A program made the position numbers and the translations under genes. Source: Glaucostegus cemiculus (Eukaryota). Taken from it: a stretch of DNA of 64,000 nt. Below are positions 42,923 to 58,293 of the stretch, one piece after another. A model generated the notes under the pieces. The model did not search any database, was not told the DNA's origin, and was given only the letters and a program-made list of their open reading frames with translations. Where the stretch lies: positions 23,188,001 through 23,252,000 of the forward strand of contig CDPCPM010000026.1 in NCBI GenBank assembly GCA_976551045.1, read 5' to 3'. Within the stretch, counting starts at the first letter, position 1. The number at the start of each line of letters is the position of its first letter.

Positions 42923-43920
42923 GAAGAGGTTGGACAGCCAGCAAGATTTTCCATTCATTACTTATTCAAGCTTGGATGGAATCGTGCTGAAAGCCATCTC
43001 TTCATTTATGAAACAACTCACAATCCTGGTTTGTACATGACTGAGGTTTTTTTTTGAGGCTGATCCTAAAGGCATGTCTTTGATAGAATTATCGACAACT
43101 TGCCTTGGGGTCGGCTTCAACACAAGGATTGCAGTTATCCAGTTGTGAATCACAATAAAAACATAAAACAAAAACAAAACAACATATCAAACATAGCCAT
43201 TGTGTTCAGTCTTGTGATGTGAGCCATTTTGCAATATTTGACCTTTTAAGGTTACTACTGTTTTCAGTTATTTCAGACTGTGCAGATTTATATCTGGTTT
43301 CATAATGCTTAATTTGTGCTTTTCCATACATAACATTGGCACATTAATCCCAAAGTAAACTACTTCCCCCATTCCTGTAAAAGTTCTTGCCAAGTTTCTG
43401 CCAGAGCGGAATAACAATCAGGATCTGTGCCTGCTCCAACTGGCTCCTTCTCCCACCATGCATTCATGTTGCCTGTTTACTGGCTGCATTTCTAAGCTAG
43501 GGAAGACCATGTTGTGCATAGATTAGTGAAGAGAATAATAATTGCATCCAAGAGATAATACTAATTGGGATAAATGCCATCAAAGATACGTAAAAATAAA
43601 AATGGATTATGAGACCAGAATAGGAGCCAACACATAAACTATACATTGGGGTTAAGACATTTCATTTGTTGAATCTGGCAATGATTGTTAACATGATATA
43701 TATGAAACATATAAGCATATAAAATAAAGTGTATCATTTGCTCTTTGACCTAATGTGATTATTTCATCTTATTCTTCATTTAAAGTAATTTGCATTTAAC
43801 AAAAGTCATTCATTTACTGTCAAGTCCCATTTGAAGTCACACTCTATGCACGCAAATGACAAGATTCTGATTGTGAAAGCTCTAAATTAACCTGAGCTTG
43901 AAAAGTAAATCAATGGATAA

Positions 43921-44130
<210 letters not shown>

Positions 44131-45094
44131 TAACACCTTCTGCTTATGCTACAAACAACAATCAGATAGCATTTTATTGCTAAAATTGCATTTACTTACA
44201 TGCTATTATGTGCAGCCAAGTAACTCAATTGCAGATGCATTGTTTTAGCCTTTACAATTAAAGGAGAAAAGTCATTTTTGCACAATCCTTTTGCTTTTAA
44301 TAATCCCATTCTAAGTAAATCCATTTTATCCTCCGACATGTGATACCAACTCATAGACTGGTAAAACCATCCTTTATTCACTTCAGTTAGAAGTAGGGCC
44401 TTCTCTAAACTGCTTGTTTGCAAATTAGGCTTATATCCTTCATTATCAACATGTTGAAAAACCTATGCCAGTTAAGTTAAATGCAAAGTACATGCTTGGG
44501 GATCTGTTAGAGCTGCATTCAATCTCTGACCACTGCAACTGCTTTGAAGAACAGGAATGAAAGTATTGATTTTCTCTGCCATCTATATATTAAACACAAG
44601 GAGTTCAGGGATCAATTCACCAAATAATGCCACCGAAAGCTTTGGTGGATTTTGACTGCATGGAGCAGTTAACTTGCAAAGGCTCTGTTGATTCAGAATC
44701 TAACAATGCTGAAGGAGGCCATTTGGCCCATCGTGCCTGTGACAGTCCTTGAAAGAGTTGTCTGATTCGTCATTTTCACCATGGCCCTATTGCCTCTTAC
44801 CTCCCCAGTGAAGTTTGACTGGATTCACATTAGGGATTAACTGAAGTTTGAAAAGCTGCACTCTTGAGCATTCATTGGAGATTTTATTTCTTTGGAAGGG
44901 GTGGTTCAAGCTATTACCTTTCCCCCTAGAGTTGCTTGCGAACTCCAGGCCAGTACTGTAGCTTGTCAAAGGTCAAATGGGTTGGCGGGCATGGTTAGTA
45001 TGGAGGAGGGCTAACTGGTGAGACAGAAATCTTTGTAAAGAGGTCTGCACATCCGTCTGCTCCTCCTGGCCCCAACAAAGTAAGTAAAAGATTT

Positions 45095-45427
45095 TCATAG
45101 AGTCATAGAGAAAAGCACTATGGAGACAGGTCCTTCAGCCCATCACGTCTGTGCCAACAATCAGCCATCCATTCATGCTAATCCTACATTTTGTTATTCT
45201 CATCATATTCCCATTAACTCCCCCCAGGTTCTACTACTCACCCTCACACTAGGGGCAATTTACAGTGGCCAATTAACCCGCCAACCCAGATGACTTTGGG
45301 ATATGGGAGGAAGCTCACAAGATCACAGAGGAGACATGCAAACTCCGCACTGACAGCACCTGCGGTCGGGATTGAACCCGGGTCTCTGGCGTAGTGAGAG
45401 CAGCTACCCTGCACTGCGCCTCCGTGC
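45095..45427 (-). mobile_element. Near full-length tRNA-derived HE1-type V-SINE
   Basis: Minus strand: head gcacggaggcgcagtg, B box GGTTCAATCCC (45368-45378), V-domain-like gagtttgcatgt, CR1-derived tail. Confidence 0.85.
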
Positions 45428-46469
45428 AATATCGTTCAGTACTTTCCTGGATGGCAAGAAGGGTCCATGCATGTCATAAACCTAACATGAAACAAATAGG
45501 AGTGCAAGTGTAATGGGGCAGCAAGCTGTTTGTCAGCATGTTAGGATCCCATTTACACCATTAAAACCTCATCTTTAGAACAAAGATAATGAAAAGAGGT
45601 GGTCTGCATTTATTTTATTATCCTGAGCTCACTGCACATTCCATTTGGGTAAGAGTTCCAATTAAATCATCAGCTCTATACTCAAGATTGTACCTTTACT
45701 TTTAGATGACATCAGCCAAAAATTCACAACAAATTCAAATCTGCAACCATTTTATAAACAGGAATTTGAGGGACTGATGGTGGGTGAATAAATAGGGCCA
45801 TTGTGTTAGTTGTAACAGGCAAGATCCAGTTCTCCTTCCACATTAAGTCTTTCACCAGTGAACTTTAGTTGAACCTAATGGAGTTCAGGAACAATCTCTG
45901 GCAGAATTAAACGAGCCTGCACAGACTTCACTGCTTGACTTCTAGGAATATTCCTGATATTGGCCAGGTGAAGGAGACAGGGGAGGACACGTTGCAATAC
46001 ATGATCTCCTTCCTTTTTAACCTGTAAAACTCAGCGTTGTCCTTTATAGCTAAGGACAAGTTATACTGATCTTCTCTCCAGCCAAATTTGTTAATCTGCA
46101 GATGGTGACAGAGAAGGTTGTGTATTGTAACTGGATTTATTTATTCAACCAAAACACTAAAATTAAAGTGCATATTTTCAGTAAAGAATTTGCTCCTTTG
46201 TTTAGGTTCTGTGATGCCAAGCACCATTTCACAGTTCTTGGGTGGCTGCCATTGCTGGAGTAAATGCCACAATTTAAAGTCTTGCTTTACTCCCCGCTTT
46301 GTTTTATTTCTCCATCTTCTCCTGGGTGATGGTTGGAGGTGGGCAGAATCTGCCTGTCATTACGTACCTCCTTGCTGGGGCCCTTCTGTGATTAAAAACT
46401 TGTTCTAAGTGAAGCAACAGTTGCAATTCAGCAATCTGACCTGATTGCCACTGTGACCCGTGAGAATGA

Positions 46470-46862
<393 letters not shown>

Positions 46863-48169
46863 TGAATATAACTTGTTTTGGAAGCCAATCAGGGGTGGTA
46901 TAGCCGCTCACAGGCTGGGCCTTTTCATTTATTTTACTGCTTTAATTTTCCTCAAGATTCTAGTCTTAAGATATATCTATAGATCCATTTGTAACTGTTT
47001 TTTGGGCCAGAGACATTCTTGAACATTGCAGAAAGAGATGCACTCTACTCTCACCGCTGGTGTCTTCTACTGTTGTGGCAGCTACTAGAAAGGGGACACT
47101 CAGGTCCAGATATACATACCTTGGTGTGAGTCTCTGGGTTCAGCTCTTTTGCCTCCTTATGGCAGGGCATGCAAAGTTTTATTCATGCCTGAATTGCAAG
47201 CAAGATGGATCAAACAGAATCAAAATGTCCAGACAATTCACAATCTGTAATTACTATGATAAATATTCCCCTGCCTTACCTCTTTTTAGGAAAGTGATAA
47301 AGAGACTTGCCATTTTGCATTATTTGTATAAAATATTTTATGTAAAACTTAGTGTCTTCAAAGGTGGCACTGCAAGGACTTATCTCCCACTAAAAGAGAG
47401 TTGTTTATTAACTATCTGCTTATCAATTAAATCTTACATTAACTTGGAGAGCTTTTTAGAAATCTGGTGGTAAGCAGATTACTAAAACCAAATTTGAAGC
47501 AACAAATAATCAGAGAGATCAATGAAAAAGATATTCCTATAGAATGGGCACTGATTTTATCTTAAGGCTCAAAAACTATAATTTAGAAAAGCAGGCCAGG
47601 ACAGTCATGTATCCCAATGTCAATCCTTAAATACATCGTCACTGGTACGGGCAAGCAATCACTATCCTATAATTCAGTTGCAGTTTTCTGATGACGTTCA
47701 TAAACTGAGTGAAACACAGCTGGCTCCAGACACTGAATCATGGTGATAAGTTTATTGCTAGGAGCTCATTTTGTATACAGTACTAAACATCGTAAAACCC
47801 TATTTAAAAAGATCATTTGCTTACTTATGTAAGGTTAGTATAATAAAAGAATGTATAATATAAGAAATGAACTATGGTCTTATGAGCTGACGTTTCAAGG
47901 GAATGTAAATGGAGATACAAAATCAAGAGGAAAGTTAAGGATGCAACTGAAATTAGGAGGTACTCGCATTATAATTACACCCTGACAAATCTTAATTACT
48001 AAAGGATCCCTGTGCCTTGTTAAGCTTCTGCTGTGGACTACTGCATTTGTGTGAGTTAAAAGTTTAGTAAATTAAATTTAACAGTGATAGCTTACCTGGT
48101 CATAATTGACCAGTCTGATTTTATTAAATTTAAAAACTACAGCATCCTAAGTTAAAGGCAGAAAAATCT

Positions 48170-48550
48170 TGCACTCATAAAGTATCTTTAATGACCTCAG
48201 GATTTCCAAGACAATTCATAGCAAATGTTGTCACTGTAGAAATGTAAGACATTTGGAATTGATCTACACACAGCAAGCACCTACAAACAGCAATGTTACA
48301 ATGATTAGATAATCTGTTTTTTAATGATATTGTTTGATTGATCAATATTACCAGGAAACCTGTGACTGCTCCCTTGCTCTTACTCAAAACTATGCCTTGA
48401 GTTTGTTTACACCCATCTCAGAGGGTAGATTGGACCTGAGTTTTATGCTGCATTTGAAAGATGGCTCCCTTGTTAGTGCTTAAGTCTGGATTGGGATTTG
48501 AACCTACCACTTTCTGACTTTGAGGCAAAGGTTCTACTAACTGAACCATG
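48170..48550 (-). mobile_element. Deu-domain (SacSINE1-like) tRNA-derived SINE, decayed
   Basis: cacagcaagcacctacaaacagcaatg...ccaggaaacc...gggatttgaacc...ttctgactttgaggc matches the recalled consensus. Confidence 0.65.
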
Positions 48551-48989
48551 CCTGAGAAGAATATGGTGACACATTATTTTCCCTTCATATGCACATGTCC
48601 ACTTTAGAATAAAAATGGCACACCTGTAAGCATTTTCAATTCAACAAGACTTACTTTTCATTTCTCTTTCATTATTGTGGTCTATCCTCAGCTGTTAGTT
48701 TGCATGTTATTGGCTGAAGTACATTTTTTCACATTTATTTCAATATTTTTCTCTAAAGAACAAGCAATCAGCAATATTTGAAATTTATAGCTCCATGATC
48801 TCTAGGAGTCAGAGCACCTGCTTAAGACAAAATAACTTTGGCAAATTATACTTAAAAAGAAAGGGAGAATTCCATATATTACTCTCCACATTGTGATATG
48901 CTGTCTGAGATTTCCACCACATAAATATCAGGAAGAGTCTGAGCCATTCTCTTGGACCAGATTTTGGGTTTATTTCTTAGCAACTGACT

Positions 48990-49650
48990 CCATCTTTATC
49001 CCTGGGAACTGTCTGAAACTGAATCAAACAATTCATAGTCTCACTGTTATGTCTGATCCTAGATGAGTTTTCTGCCAATTTATCTACAGGATCACCATCC
49101 CCCCTGTTCCCCTTCACTACATTGCCTGCCTCCATTCTTGTCCCAGCCTCTGCTGCTAAAATCATCATCCTTACCTTTCTTACCTCTAGACTTGGCCACT
49201 TCTAGGCTCTCCTGACTGTTCCACCTTGCCTCATCTGTAGACCTAAGCTCACACAAAATTCTTCAACCTTCACCATTGGTTCCTGTCAAGAGCTCAATTT
49301 TAAGTTTCATCATTATTTTGAAATCATTCCATGGTCTTAGTGCTCCGTGATTCCATAATACCCTCTAGTCCTTTAACGCTTTGGGATATCTATCCTCCTG
49401 CATCTTTGGCCTCCTGAACATTCCCAATTTTAACCATGTCACCATCGGTGGTCATGGCTTCAGCAGCCTAGTCCCTTGGGTGTGAATTGGGCACCTTAAC
49501 CCTCTCTGCTTTTTTCCTTTAAGATTCTCCTAAAGCCTACTTCTTCAACCAATCTCCAGAACATTGGTCCTAAAATCTCTTCAGTGATGTGCCTTGGGAT
49601 GTCTTCCTACTTTAAAGGTGCCTTCTAAATACTTTGAAGTATGTGTTGAA
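48990..49650 (+). mobile_element. L2-type LINE 3' fragment
   Basis: ttacctctagacttggccac (TSRLD) and the L2 tail gccttgggatgtc...aaaggtgcc. Confidence 0.6.
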
Positions 49651-50549
49651 CTAAACTTCACTGTCATTAATCTACACAGCTCTCCAATTAGCGGTTGACA
49701 CAATTCACTTAACAACTAGTCTTTTTGGTTCATGAGGAAGACAGTCCTGCCTTAGAATAATACATTCTCTTTCACATGGTGTAACACTCCCATTGTTAAA
49801 CTTCCTCTGAAAAATGGCACAGGGAATCAATTAATGTATAAGCTGCTGGTGATCTAATGAGGCAAGTGTTCGTATTACCTAACCAGTTTATTGTTAAGAA
49901 TAGAAGTGAAAGTTAACATCACTTCACCCATTTTATATGTAAAATTTAGGGTCAAATTTCATTAGGTATTGACTTCTTGTGCTTGATCTGGATTCAAAGT
50001 TCAATGACCACTGTTTTAGTTGGCATGGGAGCTGCTGATAACAGGCATTGAGTGTATTGATTAAGTAGTTTAGCCTCTTATGTTCAAATGTAATCTCTGC
50101 CCAAGAGAACAAGTTCATAGGCAGCCTTACCAATGGTCCATAGAGGTACCACTGAAAACCTCAACACTTTGAATTTTTTTGTACTCTGTGGAATCAGAAG
50201 GAGCAGAATTACTCTTCCTTGTGTACTGTGGGCTGTTGGATCATGCAGCCTCACTCCTTCTACTTATCACTTCCCCTGTTCAGGTTAATGTCTCAGCAGT
50301 AAGTTGGCATCTCTGATGAAGCGGTACTCCCTCAGCCTGGACTGTATGTCATGCTGTCTCCTGTGGGGCTTGAATTCATAACCTGCTGACTTACACAAGT
50401 ATGCCACCACCAAACCAAAATTGACACCTTCAGGAAGTCACTGGATATTTGGAGGAACAGGGTATTACAAAAGTCCAATGGTCAATAAGATGCTATCCTT
50501 TGCTGAAGCTTTTTGACTTAAAAAAATATTTAATTTCTTTAAACTCTAG

Positions 50550-50732
<183 letters not shown>

Positions 50733-51365
50733 TAATCTCTCACTTTAGGTATCTTCTCTATGCAGCCTGAGATATTAGCTGATAAATTATTCATCTGCCT
50801 TTCCTAGTGCTGCCGGCAATCTTGTAGCTAGGAAGTGTAAAATAAAATGCCCTTGACTTCCCAACCTCTATTTGGGGAACTATGCAGTTTCCTTTGACAG
50901 CCTTTCTGAGGAGCTTCACTGTCTGTAATTGTATATTAAATTACCAGTGGAAAGTCCAGAAGGCCATCTGGTGTGCAAGTGGAAATAATATACTGACACA
51001 TTTGTTTTAACATCAGAAGTTGGGGAACCAACCAGTAAAACCTGACTCTATATTTGATACCAGTACTATTGATCCGGGTGTTCACTTCTTAAAGTCACTT
51101 ACACTGCTGCTATTCATCTCAACAGCAGAAATAATGATGTTTTTAGTTATTTAACAACCTCTAAATTAAACTTCAATTTTAAGTAAGGATAGGATCTCAG
51201 ATTTTGATGTCAAGTGGCATATGTCATATTCTGCAGTTAGTGAGGGAGAGAGGTGGGAGGAGGTTAATAGTGAATCATAGAAAGTGTCATTAGTGTTCAA
51301 TGAGTTACAGTTGTAGTGACAGATTAATGGGTGTCACTCATTTGCAAATATGTTTTTTGTTGTAG

Positions 51366-51413
51366 CAAAGGAAAGGTGGACCTACACGACTAACACTGCC
51401 ATCAAAATCCACA
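51366..51413 (+). CDS. CMIP: CMIP exon (48 nt): QRKGGPTRLTLPSKST
   Basis: Acceptor ttgttgtag, donor aca|gtaagt. Confidence 0.95.
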
Positions 51414-54400
51414 GTAAGTTGGGATTTAAAGTGATATTTTTCTATTTATGATTCTTCTTGTAGGCACTTATTTATATGATTAAGCCTCCCATTCTGTTTC
51501 GGTAGGTCTTGGATTAGAATTGATACAGTTTGCAACTTTGAGCTTTAATCTTATCAGTAACCAAACATTTTGAAGCTCTCTTACCCTAACTCATTTGATA
51601 TGAAGTGGTGAGATTGGATTTGCCAGCATGATAAAAGTTTGTCAGCTTTCTGTCCAGGTTAAAGTGACCCCCTTAGAGTTTGACTTTTCCCATTATGTGC
51701 CTGTGGGAGATTTACTGTACTTCAAAACAATCTGATTGTTGCTAAAACATTAAGGAAGAAAAAAGTAAATATCATTAATTTAAATAACACCTTTTAATAT
51801 CTCAGAACATCCCAAGGATGATCCTTGAGCGTGACTGCGAGAGAGAGGTCAGGCACAATTGTCCTCTGTTGGGGAGGGTGGGTCACTGGCAGATGATACT
51901 ATTGGGAGAGTGAGAATCACGTCAGTTGCATTCTGCTGGTGGAGAGGGTGGGTGAGGAAGCAATATAGCAGTCATCTTCTATTGGGGAGGAAGAATTGCC
52001 ACAGTCGTCTTCTATAGGGATCAATCCAACATTGGAGTGGACTGGCACACTGGAGAGGGCATTCAGTAGACTTCTGGATCAGCTCCAGGTCCTGGGTTCT
52101 CCTTCCAACTCGGACAGAAAGAACCTGGAGGCACTGAGGTGTGGCTGGTGTGCTACCTGCTGAAAGTGAGTGAGGATCTAAATCCATGGGAAGGACACCT
52201 CCTCCATTCTACTTACTTACATGATGAATATAACAGACATTGCACTCAAGTGGTTTTGTTCAATAGTTCAGGCTTTTTCCTGTAAAATATTTTAAAAATA
52301 CTGAAATGGGATATGTATTGATTTCTGTAGAATCAAATGTACGGAGGGGAGCATACTGGTGGTTGATATTCCCATAAGTGTTTAGTGCTAGGACAATTTT
52401 TTCCCCATTATATCTTGACTCTAAAGTTTCCAGTGCATGGGAGGATTATTGGAGGCAAATACACAGCTTAACAACTTTTGTAGAGAGGGGTGAAATCACA
52501 GCTAGAGTTATTTGAATAAAATAGTACCTTCCAGTTGGGTTGGCTCACAAGATGTTGCCTACAGGAACAAAGCTGAATTTTCTCAAGCCATGAAGATTAC
52601 CATCCAAAGGAAGTTATTGTGGCTTGAGAGGTCACAGAACAGTGAAATGCAAATGGTGTAAGGTACAGGGTAAAATTGAGATCATGTAGAAAGAAAGAGT
52701 GACCATTGTCAAGGCTGTAACATAAGTGTAAGACGTCAAGTATTTGGAGTGGGACTCCCTGGTTATCACCAACTTGTGGATAAGGAGACAGATAATAAAA
52801 TCCCTTTCACTGCCTTCAGAGCTGACTAATTCAGCATGCGACAGAGGTGAATTGAGGATCATCTTGGTCTATGACTCAGTGCCATGCCTTGTAGAGTAAC
52901 TGCATGATGAGTCACAGGGGTTTGCTGTCCTTTTTTTACCCACTGAGATGGATTTAGTAATCATCCTTTGGTGCCTGTTACTTTTCTTTCTGCTTCTCTC
53001 TTAGCTATTCTCTTTGAGGCTATCACAATCACTTGAAAAATCATTTTGCTGCTGATTCAAAAATATTGAAAATTTGCACACCAGGTTGTTTACAAAACTT
53101 TAGGTAAAGCAAAAGTAAAATGTATGGGAAAGCCTGAGATGCATCTCAAGTCATTGGACAAAGAATCAGGTTGAAACACACATGTGATTCCCTGCCCTCA
53201 AGATTTTCTACATTGCATTGACTCAGATTGTGTCATCTAAGGAATTGACAACATGGGTGGTGTTACCTTATCTCAGTTGACAACCATGGTTTCAAAAGAA
53301 TATAGGTATCTCAGGGACTGAACTTCTCTATAAAATACCTTTCAAGGTACTTTAAGGTTTGAAATATATATTAAAGATAAGAAAATCATGTTGCAATGCA
53401 TTGTTTCTTTTGTGTTTTCAGACTTTATTTTCAACTTTTGACATTTCAGTTCATGGAGTGAAAAATATCAGCAAATAAGTTACTGTTTTAGAGCAGATTC
53501 ATTTATTTTCTGATTTTCCTGCTGGAAGATTTTCTTCACATTTCCTAGTTATCCAGTTCTGATTTGTTTTCTTTTTAGAAATGAACATTTTACATTAATC
53601 AGGTGAAGTTATTACGCAAAAATTTTCAAAGATACACTTTGAATCTTTAAAAGTGCAAGGACAAATTGATAAAAATGCAAAGATGAATGTTATGTGATCC
53701 TAGTTTTTATAAACAGGAACATGGATTAAGTTACAACACGCTATAAAGATCATGACCTAGAAACTTGTTTGTACAATGTCCAAAAAAACCAATCATTGTG
53801 CAGACAAAAATCACATTAATGCAGCGATAACACGTTTCATGATTGTCTTTTTAGAGCTTCTTGAAACAGCTTTAGGGATCTTGCTAATTTATAGGTCTGT
53901 GTGTGTGATATTGGGCATGTTACTTTCAAGAGGATGTCAAAGCCATGGAGAGCATAGAGAAGAGATTTATTAAGTTAATGAGAGAATGTTTCCCTGAAGA
54001 AACAAGAACTAATTTCACTAAAATAAATTAAGATCAGCTCAAAATAGTGCATATTTTTAATAAGCGATACAATTTGCAGAGAATGTTTGAAGTAGCAGAA
54101 AAGCAGCAGTATTCGGGAGTTGCACTCATTGGTGCCTTAGACTTAATGGGCTTAACAAGTAATAGCTTTATTTCTCTTGCTTTTTCTCAATATTTGTTCA
54201 TCCTTCTTTAAAATGAATTTAAATACTGAGGGCAGTTTTAAACATGGACAAAATGACTATTACTATGATGAGTTGTTTTTAGCATATCTGCTGTTCTAAT
54301 GAAATTAGCAAAATAGGCTATGTGAACAAAGTATTTGGTAAGAATATTTAACACTTGTTTTTACTGGAATCAACTGCAGCTTTATGAAGCAAGCGATTTT

Positions 54401-55347
54401 TGGAAATGAGGAGATAATCAGTGTTTTCCCTTTTGATTTGATACCCAGTTTATTTAGATTAAAGTGACTCTATTATAGAATAAGGAAACTGTTGTGGTAG
54501 CTTTGCTCATTTATCTTGGCTGGATTGATAGTAACAAATAACCATGAACTTGTCAGGCAGATCCTGCTGACACTAAGGAATAATGTTCAAAAGGATACCA
54601 GTCCTCCCTCGCTTTCCAAAGACCATCCATTCTAAACACACACAAGTGTGACTGTGGTTATGCCATTGTTCAGGTGGTAGCTCCATACTTTCAGTTGAAA
54701 AGCTAAAGAGGATCAAATTGAGGAATGCACCTGGGTAGTAATTTTGAACATAACCTGCACTGGGCAAGTGAGTTGTAGATTCCCTGATGTGTTTTGAACA
54801 GCTTTCGTCCCTCATTGTTACAGGCAGTTTATTCTTTACACACCAGCAATAGTTTTGACTAATGCATTAAATGCAAATTTGTCTTCAGTTAAAAGAAAAT
54901 AAGTATACGCACAGAGCAATATCATGAGAGTGCAAATGAAACTGAACTGCCACTGTAGTTACAAGAGGTTCTTGCAACAGCTGAATACCAGCTGATTTTG
55001 AGAAATGAAAAGCCAGGAATGTCTTTCTGTCCCTCAGCTCCTGAAGAATGGGCATATGCTAGATGACTCATTCTGGTAGCTTACCCTAAGTGTCATCTTT
55101 CATTTGTGAGCTTAAGCAGGGAGCATTGACATGTTATTCGACCATGCTGATGATTGCAGATAAGCCTAGTTCTTTCCTCAATTGACGTCTACACTTTTGG
55201 AATGGTGCAGAGGGAGCAGTCAGAAGTGGTATTTCTGAGTTGTTCATTCCGCAGCACGGGTATCATTACAGGAGAGTTAAACTGAGCTCGGAGCATTGAG
55301 GTCCACTGTCTGACCTAGCAGCCAATTACCGATACATCTGATTGTCT

Positions 55348-55580
55348 CAACACTCTCCTCTTCTTAGGCAGTCCCTCAGGAATGAGGATGACTTGCTTCC
55401 ACTCCGATTCTGAGGTGGCCTATGAGGCCAACATTGGAGCTGCTGGCTCTTCCACAGATGGGGCAAGAGATGCCTTCAGGCAAGCATGTAGGTGCCATCT
55501 GACTGCTCCTGATGCACAGCCTTGAGGATGTTGTATGTCTTCAAGGAGGCTTTCAGCACATCCTTGATTGACTAGGTAAA
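55348..55580 (-). mobile_element. RTE LINE 3' end
   Basis: cttcttaggcagtccctcaggaatgaggatgacttgcttccac is the reverse complement of the RTE tail also seen at about 3405-3445. Confidence 0.7.
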
Positions 55581-56904
55581 TCCTCAGATCAAATGTGACA
55601 TTTTCCTATTCATAGTTCTCAGCATCACTCCAAGTTGTATATTTGCTTCGCTATCCACCAGAGGAGTTTCCAAGAGTGAGTGTACTCCTAGTGGCTTATT
55701 AACATTTTGTCATTTTGTTTATTTTAACTACTTTTTATTGTATTTTCAAAAATTGCAATCCTGTATATTTGTGCAGTAGACCAACTGCATTAGAATGACA
55801 CAGACAGTGCATTCTGACTTTAAGTATTTTATATATGCAAAGTCAAGGGGCAGATACTGAATTGCTGGTGTAGATGTCATGCAGTGACCTAATGCATGGT
55901 GTCAGATGATAGCAATAAATCTTTCTGTAACATATGTGATAGTATCATCTTTGCAATCTCCATTACAGTGCCAACACTTTCAATCTGCAAGTTAACAAAA
56001 GCTAAAGCCAAACTCAACTCCAATTTGTTTTACCTTGCTGATCTTTGATAAAGTCTAGTGTCTATTTTTTTAATCTTACTCTTGCTGATTGTATGAGTGT
56101 TGGCATAATTGTGGAGCTCATTGAAGGTGATTGAAGTAGCAGAGGGGGCTGGTGGTTATTTACAGTTACTTAGGCACAGCTCAGAATGTTAAATTGCTCT
56201 TGGAATCTGAATAGATCTGATGGGCCAAATAGTTTTATATGTTGCAATAATATATGAGTGCCACTTGCAGGAGTATAGATCCGTCAGTTGAAGTTGGACT
56301 AACAACAGGAAACATCTCTGTTTGAATTAGTGCCAAGAAATTTCCTGAGGTTTAGAGTCTATAGTCAGAGTTAGTAGATCCTGGAGACACTCCTGCGCAA
56401 GTATATACCAATGTGTTGCCACCTCCTTGTTGGGATTGGAGGAATCTGTTATATGATTTCATGAGTAGGATTCTGTAAGGCTGCTGCTCATTTGGGCAGC
56501 TCTCCCTTTTGTGGCAGGTCCCCAGACATCTGAAAGAACACTATGCAGTTTTGACTGGGCTGAGTCCATTTCCATTATATCTCAATCCCTTGCCTAACTC
56601 CAAGCCGGATAGTCCGGTCTTAGCTTTAGTTTGTTATCTTGGCATGGTTCTACTGAGTGCATGTTCAGCTAATTCAGAGGACAGCAATGAATCAACCACA
56701 ATCCTGTGCAGTTGTAGCCAGGGTAAGAAAAGTAGATTTTCTACCTTAAGGGACATCAGTAAACCAGACTGATTTCATGCTAAGTTTTTAATTTCCAAGA
56801 ATAAAATATAAATCAGGTACTTCCAGGATGGAGTTGATTTCTTAACTACTATCTGTCTACAGTCATGGCTTTAAATTGCCTGATCTGATAGTAGATATTG
56901 CTAG

Positions 56905-57300
56905 CTGTTGGTTAATGCACTGCAGTAGTACTGTTGCCTCTGAATCGGAAGGTAATTGGGATCCACTCCAAAGACTTGAATGTGCTACCTATGCCAGCAC
57001 TATGGTGGAATACTCTGTGTGTTCCACTGTCAAAGTGCCACCTGTAAGGTGAGACATTAAACCTAAGGACATTAAAGATCCACTGGTATTATTTACTGAA
57101 TAACAGGAAAATCTTCTTTTGTGTCCTGGACAACACAACCAACACTGATCATGTTGACATTCATCTGAATATTTATGGGCTCTTGTTTCCTAGAAATTAG
57201 ATGCTGCATTTCCTTATAAAGGTGAATCGTAAGAATTAGAACAAATGAAATGTATTTTGGAAGGATATATTCACGAAAAGCACTATAATACAAGTCTTTC
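56905..57300 (+). mobile_element. Deu-domain SINE, decayed
   Basis: Reverse-complement similarity to 48170-48550 (gcctctgaatcggaagg...gacattaaagatccactgg...tgtcctgg). Confidence 0.55.
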
Positions 57301-57658
57301 CTTTTTTATATACAACTGCAGTCAGCTAATGCTAATTTTTCCTAGAAATGGCACACTTTGACAATTAATCCAATATGATTATATCATATTGGCTGCTGGT
57401 CCTAAGGATTTATACTAATGCTAGTACTAATGCATAAATAATAACGAATGTGCTTTGAATGTTTTTGTGAAAATCAGTGGGAGCCAGGAGCTATCTTTTT
57501 CGTCTTTAATTCAGAAAGCTAATCTCCATCTTAACTTCCCTGTGACTGAATGCTGGAATCTAAATGGGAGTGACTCAAAATGTATGCAGATATGAACTTC
57601 TTTGATCTGTTTTATCAGTCATGCATTTTTATGTTTTTTTTCCTGATTGTTCTTTTAG

Positions 57659-57883
<225 letters not shown>

Positions 57884-58113
57884 TGAGTGTTGTAGTAGCT
57901 AATTCTAATTGCCTTGGTACAAACATGATCTGAACTACGGAGGTGAAACAGAGTGACTACTATAGACACTATGTGAGTAAGTGTGCCATCAAGCCTCCCT
58001 AGTAAGAGTGAAACCAATGGGAATCAGGAAAAACTCATCACTGGATGGACAAAGGAAGATTGTTGTTGTTCATAGAGGTCAATTAGCTAATGCCCAGCAT
58101 AATGATGCAAGAG

Positions 58114-58293
58114 AGATATAAGAGATTGCGGATGCTGGGGTCTGGAGCAACAAACAATCTGCTGGAGGAACTCAACGGGTTGAACAGCATTGTCGATGAC
58201 CTGATGCAGGGTTTCAAATTGAAACATCGACAATTCCTTACCCTCCACAGACGCTGCTCGACACATTGAGTTCCTCCAGCAGATTGTTTGTTG
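58114..58293. mobile_element. Palindromic Penelope-like insertion inside a LINE fragment (host about 58015-58540)
   Basis: Perfect 28-bp inverted repeat at 58148-58175 / 58266-58293; 14/15-bp TSD at 58099-58113 / 58294-58308. Confidence 0.8.

Noticed and set aside
52872-52914. Two AP-1 sites (TGACTCA / TGAGTCA) 36 nt apart
   Set aside because: Several such 7-mers are expected by chance in 64 kb, and there is no independent support.
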